Source of the DNA: Methanosarcina sp. UBA293
Lineage (GTDB): Archaea > Halobacteriota > Methanosarcinia > Methanosarcinales > Methanosarcinaceae
Length of the DNA: 64,000 nucleotides
NCBI GenBank assembly: GCA_002499445.1
Contig: DALS01000064.1
Location: 283-64,282 of the forward strand
Reading direction: 5' to 3'
Part shown: piece by piece, positions 58,391 through 64,000 of the stretch
Numbering within the stretch: the stretch's first letter is position 1
Layout: each line of letters starts with the position of its first letter
Notes under the pieces: model-generated
The model's database searches: none
Seen by the model: the letters and a program-made list of their open reading frames with translations, nothing else
What the model was told of the DNA's origin: nothing
Program-made: the position numbers and the translations under genes

Positions 58391-61000
58391 TTGAAAATTA
58401 AAAATTATATAAAGATTTCATGCTTAATTCTGGTGCTCGGGCTGTTATGCACAAATGCGGCTGCCCAAGTCTCAGATTCAACAGGCAACCGCATTTGGGA
58501 TGAAGATGTAAACCAGAACCTTACCTATACATGGACACCTCAGATCTATTCAGGCTTTTATTATGATCTGGATACCGGAGAAGGTTCCGAAAATCTGACA
58601 GTTAAGCTCCTCAGTAAGGGCAGCCGGACAATTGAAGAGAAAAACCTGCAGTATGAAACAAAACCCATACAAACTGGTTTTGAGCACAAAAACTGGGGTT
58701 CATATCAGGTAATAGGGTTTATGGCAGAGCGCTATTTTGCAGGATATACGCCAAACTCAAGCTTTGCAAATAAAGAAATTAGTGTTATCTCTGATGGGCA
58801 GCTTTCAAAGGTACTGACTGACACCGATGATAGGAAATCCCTGTATACAGGTTCTTCCCTCATTCTTGAAGAAGGATATTCCCTGAACATAGTTGAGGTT
58901 GACGTTAAAGGAAACAGCGTCTGGGTGCAGCTTGAAAAAGATGGCAATATAATAGATAACGCTTTCCTGCCCTCTAACAGTGATTATGTATATAAAACCG
59001 GGCTTGGAAGTACAGAAGATGTGCCCATAATCGCAGTCTATTTCTCTCAAATCTTTAGCGGCAGAGAGACAAACGCGGTTTTCGTACAGGGAATTTTCCA
59101 GATCTCAGACCAATCCCTAAAGGTCCGGAGTGGAGACGATTTTGGAAAAATGGAAGTGAATTCCATCTCAAGTTCAGGCATAAAAATGAGAAACAGCGAC
59201 TCTATCTCGCTTAGCAAGGGTAATACTATTGATATAATGGGTAAACTGAGTTTTGTTGTGGCTGATGCCAACAAGCTTCGTTTTGCTCCCATAGTTAAAA
59301 CCACAGAGCCCGGGATATATGAATTAAGAGGAACTGTGCATGATGAGAAGTTTGATACTTTTGTCTGGACCCCTTTTAACTTCGAAGGTTTCTATTATAA
59401 CATTGACGATAATGTTTCCACTGAAAGCCTTGTTATTGAAAAGCTAAATGACAGGACTATTGATGACAAAACGCTCGTTTATTCTACAAAACCCGCACGT
59501 GTTGAATTTGAACACAAAGGCTGGGGGAATTATGAGGTTGTCGGCTTCATGGCAGAGAAGTATTTTGCAGGATATCCTGAGAATACTTTTGGAAACTCAA
59601 AAGGCATAAGCGTGCTTTCAGACCGTATTCTTTCAAAAGTTCTTATCGATGACGACAACAAAAAATCCCTGTTCACAGGTTCTTCGTTAGCTCTGGAGAA
59701 TGGATACTCTCTTAAGGCAGCAGAAGTCGATGTTAATGGAGAAAAGGTACTCTTTGAACTTTACAAAGATGGAAAGCTGGTCGATTCTGGAGTAGTTTCC
59801 AAGAATGGAGATTATATTTATAAAGCCGATATCGGAGGAGCTGAAAATGTTCCTGTCATTGCAGTCCATGTCAGTACAGTCTTCCGTTCCAGTGAAACAG
59901 ATGCCGTATTTGTAGAAGGAATTTTCCAGATCTCAAACGATTACCTGAGAGTTTCTCAAGGTGACTCCTTTGGTAAAATGGAGGTCAGCTCGATTTCTAG
60001 CTCAGGCATTACAATGAAAAATGAGGACTCGATCTCCCTTTCAAAAGGTGACGTTATTGATCTGATGGGCAATGTCAAATTCAGAGTTGCCGATGCTTCA
60101 GTTCTTCGCTTTTATCCTTTTGTTGAAATCAAAACCGAGACAGGAGATCAACTGAACATTGAAATGCCAGATGCGCTTATAGCCGGAAGACAGGCTGAGA
60201 TCCTGGTAACGGCAAGAAACGTTTCAGTCGGCGGCGTTGAAGTCTTCGTTGGTACCACCAGTATCGGCACTACAGAATATAATGGAAAACTCACCTTCAC
60301 ACCTCACAAGGAAGGCAGCTTCACTGTAACTGCAAGCCGGACAGATTATGTTTCCGGAAGCAAGGAAGTTGACGTTGTCGCAGAAGGAGCCCAGAAACTT
60401 CTGCTCTCAGTATCACCTGCAACTGTCAGGGAAGGAGATCAGATCAGCATAAAGGTCACGGATTCTGTAAATAAACAACCTGTTGCCGGAGCTGATGTCT
60501 ATTTCGGTGGAAAGAAAATCGACAAACAAACGGACGCAAACGGTATAATATCTCACTGGGTTACCACTCCGGGTACGTATACCATAAATGCTACAAAAAC
60601 AGGTTATGAAGAAGGAGAAACCGTGATTGAGGTACTTGAAAGCGTAGCACAGTTTACTTTCTCAGACCTCACATTAGAGCCGGCTTCGGTTGAGGCAGGC
60701 ACTCCGGTAAAGATAAGAGTAAATGTTGTGAATAGCGGAAACGTTGCAGGAGAATCCAAAGTGGAACTGCTGGTTAATAACAAATCTGTTGATTCCAAGA
60801 ATATAACTCTTAGCCCTAGTGAGAGTACAACAGTCGAATTCTCACATACTGAGGATAAGGCAGGGGCATATACAGTTGAAGTGGGAGGCCTGAACAAAAG
60901 CTACGAAGTGACCGAAAAAGCTCCTTTCTTCAGCGGGATAGTCACGCTTGGAATACTCGCCACAACATTTGTTTTTCTCAGAAAAAGAAGGACTGACTGA
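58391..61000 (+). CDS. S-layer (DUF1608 x2) paralog with extra Ig-like/CARDB domains and C-terminal TM anchor
   Basis: Two W.P..(Y/F).GFYYD/N repeats with GFMAE.YFAGY; C-terminal APFFSGIVTLGILATTFVFLRKRR. Confidence 0.9.
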   Translation: MKIKNYIKISCLILVLGLLCTNAAAQVSDSTGNRIWDEDVNQNLTYTWTPQIYSGFYYDLDTGEGSENLTVKLLSKGSRTIEEKNLQYETKPIQTGFEHKNWGSYQVIGFMAERYFAGYTPNSSFANKEISVISDGQLSKVLTDTDDRKSLYTGSSLILEEGYSLNIVEVDVKGNSVWVQLEKDGNIIDNAFLPSNSDYVYKTGLGSTEDVPIIAVYFSQIFSGRETNAVFVQGIFQISDQSLKVRSGDDFGKMEVNSISSSGIKMRNSDSISLSKGNTIDIMGKLSFVVADANKLRFAPIVKTTEPGIYELRGTVHDEKFDTFVWTPFNFEGFYYNIDDNVSTESLVIEKLNDRTIDDKTLVYSTKPARVEFEHKGWGNYEVVGFMAEKYFAGYPENTFGNSKGISVLSDRILSKVLIDDDNKKSLFTGSSLALENGYSLKAAEVDVNGEKVLFELYKDGKLVDSGVVSKNGDYIYKADIGGAENVPVIAVHVSTVFRSSETDAVFVEGIFQISNDYLRVSQGDSFGKMEVSSISSSGITMKNEDSISLSKGDVIDLMGNVKFRVADASVLRFYPFVEIKTETGDQLNIEMPDALIAGRQAEILVTARNVSVGGVEVFVGTTSIGTTEYNGKLTFTPHKEGSFTVTASRTDYVSGSKEVDVVAEGAQKLLLSVSPATVREGDQISIKVTDSVNKQPVAGADVYFGGKKIDKQTDANGIISHWVTTPGTYTINATKTGYEEGETVIEVLESVAQFTFSDLTLEPASVEAGTPVKIRVNVVNSGNVAGESKVELLVNNKSVDSKNITLSPSESTTVEFSHTEDKAGAYTVEVGGLNKSYEVTEKAPFFSGIVTLGILATTFVFLRKRRTD

Positions 61001-61069
61001 TGCTAAAGCGTCAGGCATTCGAACTTATTAAAACACAACATAGCTTTAAGATACCTGTTCAGGCAGGAA

Positions 61070-61110
61070 CCGGAAACCGAAACTGGATTTCCGGCTTTCC
61101 TTATTTTTTC
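61070..61110 (+). terminator. Hairpin plus T-rich tract after the S-layer gene
   Basis: CCGGAAA...TTTCCGG followed by CTTTCCTTATTTTTTC. Confidence 0.5.
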
Positions 61111-61192
61111 ATCTTGATTTTGCTTCCTTTTACTTTGCCAGAATAATGCCCGAACGACAGCTTAAAATACTGAACTACAATTGTTGAATACG

Positions 61193-61666
61193 ATGCTTGA
61201 AGCTTTGAGCTCCTTCATTGCCGATTACGGTTACCTGAATCTTTTTATTCTGAGCTTCCTAGCTGCCACGGTTTTGCCAATGGGGTCAGAACCATTATTA
61301 GTAGCCCTTATTTATCAGGGATTTAATCCTTTTGCTGTCATTCTGGTAGCGACGTCAGGCAACTATCTAGGAGCATGCACAACGTATTATCTCGGACTAA
61401 AAGGACGTCCGGTGCTTGAAAAATACCTATCTCCTTCTCGTGAAAAACTTGAGAAAAGTGAAAGGCTTTTTAAAAAATATGGGGTTTACACCCTTCTTTT
61501 CACCTGGCTACCAGGCATAGGAGACGTATTTACCATGGTTGCTGGCCTTATGAAGCTTCCTTTCCGATATTTTTCTGTGGTGGTATTTATTGGGAAATTT
61601 GGGCGTTACTTTGCAGTTGGATATCTGACAGCATATTTAGCAGTTGATTTTTTGTTATCCAGCTAA
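61193..61666 (+). CDS. YqaA/DedA (VTT) family membrane protein
   Basis: LSFLAATVLPMGSE, GNYLG...Y.LG, LPGIGD...AGL, KFGRY. Confidence 0.88.
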   Translation: MLEALSSFIADYGYLNLFILSFLAATVLPMGSEPLLVALIYQGFNPFAVILVATSGNYLGACTTYYLGLKGRPVLEKYLSPSREKLEKSERLFKKYGVYTLLFTWLPGIGDVFTMVAGLMKLPFRYFSVVVFIGKFGRYFAVGYLTAYLAVDFLLSS

Positions 61667-62378
61667 ATTAAAAACTTCATTTTTTTAAAGTTTCTATTTT
61701 AAGTCTCATTTGTTAAGTTTTTTGAAATCTCATTTGTTGAAATACTCTCCCCTTAGGATTTGCCTGTTTAAGCAAGCTTTTCATAGATTTCACTCTTTCT
61801 TTACAACATTAATTTTCTGACATTATCTTCCAAAAAATATTACCTACACAAGAAGAACAGAAATGTTTATATAATAAGACCTATGATATTAGGTTGCTAA
61901 AACAAATTTAGTTGATCTCCGTTGCTTTAATTTGTTTTTTCTCGCCTGTCTTCCAGACCTTCAAAACGGGATTTGCATTTGATTATAACCTCCATTTTTT
62001 ATTTTTTTCATTTTTCCTTAATCTAACATTTTATTACTTTCTGCACAACCTAGCTTTTCATATCATAAGATATTTGGCCTTTTAAAGGAGAGACTGTGAT
62101 TTTCATTATTTTATCTCTGTCAAATCCGTTTGATAGCTTTTTTATATAAAAATATTCAATATAAAACATAATAATTCTATAGATTTATGCATGACATGAT
62201 TCAAGTTTGCTTGTTCTGCTCTATACATTCTCAACTTTGAGAATACCATTACCTTTGAACCAATTTGATACACGCTTATGCACTCGTTTCTTACTCACCG
62301 TAATCTTTATCTATAAACTAACTCAATTTAACTTGCTTTGAGCTCACTAATATTTACTTGATATCCCTTGGTGATCCT

Positions 62379-63086
62379 ATGCATATAATGGAAGGTTTTT
62401 TAGCCACTCCCTGGTGGCAGTTATGGTTTGCAGTGTCTATCCCAGCGATACTGTACGGAATTTACAAAATGAATAGACTGGTAAAAGAAAAACGTGAGAT
62501 CTTACCCCTTCTTGCTGTTGCAGGTGCGTTTATTTTCGTGCTCTCTGCCCTAAAATTGCCTTCTGTCAATGGAAGTTGCTCTCACCCAACTGGAACCGGC
62601 ATTGCTGCAATCATATTTGGACCGGCAATCTCGGCAGTGCTGGGAACAATCGTACTCCTTTATCAAGCTCTTTTCCTTGCACACGGCGGGCTGACAACCT
62701 TAGGAGCCAATGTATTTTCTATGGGAATAGTAGGGCCCCTGGTTGCATATCTAATATACAAAGCTGGAATGAGAGCGAATCTTAACTTTTATGCAGTAGT
62801 CTTCCTTGCCACAGCCTTTGGAGACTGGACAACTTACCTGATTACCACTGCGGAACTTGCTCTTGCATATCCTGCCAGTGATGTGCTTACCCTTGGAGGT
62901 TTCCTCAGCTCATTCAAGAAATTTGCACTCATCTTTGCAGTAACCCAGGCTCCCCTTGCGATCATGGAAGGAGCTGTCAGTGCCCTGCTCTTCAAATACG
63001 TCGTAAACGTCAAGAGCGATATTCTTGTGGAAATGAAAGTCATTGAAGCTTCAGTCGCACGAAAACTTAGGGGAACTCCTGCATGA
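62379..63086 (+). CDS. cbiM: ECF cobalt transporter S component CbiM
   Basis: N-terminal MHIMEGFL, GSCSHPTG, AHGGLTTLGANVFSMG. Confidence 0.95.
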   Translation: MHIMEGFLATPWWQLWFAVSIPAILYGIYKMNRLVKEKREILPLLAVAGAFIFVLSALKLPSVNGSCSHPTGTGIAAIIFGPAISAVLGTIVLLYQALFLAHGGLTTLGANVFSMGIVGPLVAYLIYKAGMRANLNFYAVVFLATAFGDWTTYLITTAELALAYPASDVLTLGGFLSSFKKFALIFAVTQAPLAIMEGAVSALLFKYVVNVKSDILVEMKVIEASVARKLRGTPA

Positions 63087-63367
63087 GCCGAAAATTGGAA
63101 CTTATCGTACTTGCAATAATCCTTATCTTTGCAGCTCAGTTTATTTACATGTCTTCAACCACTGACGCTGAGTACGCAGGAGCTGACGGAGAAGCTGAAG
63201 GCGTGATAAACGACATTACTGGCGGAACCTACAAACCAATTGCAGAACCTTTCTGGGAACCTCCTAGTGGAGAAATTGAAAGCCTCCTCTTCGGTCTTCA
63301 GGCAGCCATTGGTGCAGGAATCCTCGGATACTTCTTTGGCTATTACAGGGCTAAAAAAAACCTATGA
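63083..63367 (+). CDS. cbiN: Cobalt transport protein CbiN
   Basis: GADGEAE...PFWEPPSGEIESLLFGLQAAIGAG; ATGA overlap with cbiM. Confidence 0.95.
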   Translation: MSRKLELIVLAIILIFAAQFIYMSSTTDAEYAGADGEAEGVINDITGGTYKPIAEPFWEPPSGEIESLLFGLQAAIGAGILGYFFGYYRAKKNL

Positions 63368-63564
63368 AAACGAGCTTGGATATAAAGGGAAAAGTAAATC
63401 TGAAAGTGATATGCCCTCTCCAGAGGGGGGACAGGCACTCTTTATAACTTCTTCTTCTACCATGTTAGTTTTCCTCTCTTGAAGGGAGGAAAGCTTTTAT
63501 CATTTGCCTTTTATTTTTAACACTTGATTTTTAGGCTTCATCTACCTTTCTGCGGGTTTTCCAT

Positions 63565-64000
63565 ATGACAAATATTCTTGATGATTATGCTCTTATGAGC
63601 CCTCTCAGGCACCGAAATAACTGGTTGAAACTGGCAATAGTACTATTTGGTTTGCTTGCAGGGATCTCTTCCACTTCTCCCGTAACTCCTCTTTTCATAG
63701 CCTTCTGTATGGGTTTTACGACAGTTGCACTCGGCAGAGCTCCCTTAAAACTATACCTGAAACTTTTGCTTGCACCAATAGGTTTTGCAGTTACAGGTGT
63801 CCTTATAATTGCCTTCTTCTCAGGTTCAGGGCAAGAACTACTATCTTTCAAACTTATGGGATATCCTGTATCATTAAGGAAAGATGGGCTTGAACTTGCT
63901 CTCCTTGTACTTTCAAGATCCTTAAGCGGAATGTGCTGTCTTTACTTCCTGGTACTGACAACTCCCATGATCGAGCTTTTTGCAGTGCTTAAAGCTACCA
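63565..64000 (+). CDS. cbiQ: ECF transporter T component CbiQ (partial, runs off window; not in ORF track)
   Basis: Hand translation from ATG 63565 is open to the end: MTNILDDYALMSPLRHRNNWLK...LSRSLSGMCCLYFLVLTTPMIELF. Confidence 0.88.
   Translation, partial: MTNILDDYALMSPLRHRNNWLKLAIVLFGLLAGISSTSPVTPLFIAFCMGFTTVALGRAPLKLYLKLLLAPIGFAVTGVLIIAFFSGSGQELLSFKLMGYPVSLRKDGLELALLVLSRSLSGMCCLYFLVLTTPMIELFAVLKAT

Noticed and set aside
61667-62378. Cobalamin riboswitch upstream of cbiM
   Set aside because: Region is AT-rich and I could not find B12-box or other conserved elements
910-63851. Numerous 60-175 aa antisense or alternate-frame ORFs in the track, including 46946-47977 (343 aa)
   Set aside because: They overlap well-supported genes and show no motifs; shadow ORFs
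1-64000. Prophage, integrase, transposase, rRNA
   Set aside because: No ORF with such motifs and no rRNA-like sequence recognised

Overview
Chromosomal window of a methanogenic archaeon, almost certainly Methanosarcina: it carries the mtaC/mtaB/mtaA methanol methyltransferases, a methanogen-type SerRS, a DUF1608 S-layer paralog, ADP-dependent sugar kinases and PGF-CTERM proteins. Most of it is housekeeping: mtaCB with a convergent mtaA, thiC, a type IA topoisomerase, rps3ae, serS, pcc1, a DHH/RecJ-like nuclease, an MgtA-type ATPase, tRNA-His, thi4, argC-CBS-argJ, ADP-PFK/GK, an HhH glycosylase, cca and cbiMNQ. Accessory blocks stand out. (1) A four-gene operon of secreted beta-sandwich proteins (26.9-32.8 kb) mixes membrane-anchored and unanchored members, and a nearby secreted papain-family protease has a dockerin/EF-hand-like tail; together these suggest a possible non-covalent cell-surface scaffold. 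(2) A Pro-Glu peptide / TIR-zinc-ribbon / unknown-protein operon sits at 42.7-43.8 kb. (3) A STAS-like (DUF4325)-PIN pair lacks the ATPase that usually accompanies it. (4) A complete three-gene ABC-3C/Lamassu-type defence cassette with foreign-looking codon usage lies between the glycosylase and cca. Features missing from the ORF track include tRNA-His, a 56-aa small ORF with a strong RBS, partial cbiQ, a GC-rich candidate small RNA upstream of serS, and several probable non-canonical starts (ATA, CTG). No transposase, integrase, CRISPR array or rRNA was seen. All family assignments come from motif recognition by eye and recalled knowledge, not database searches.
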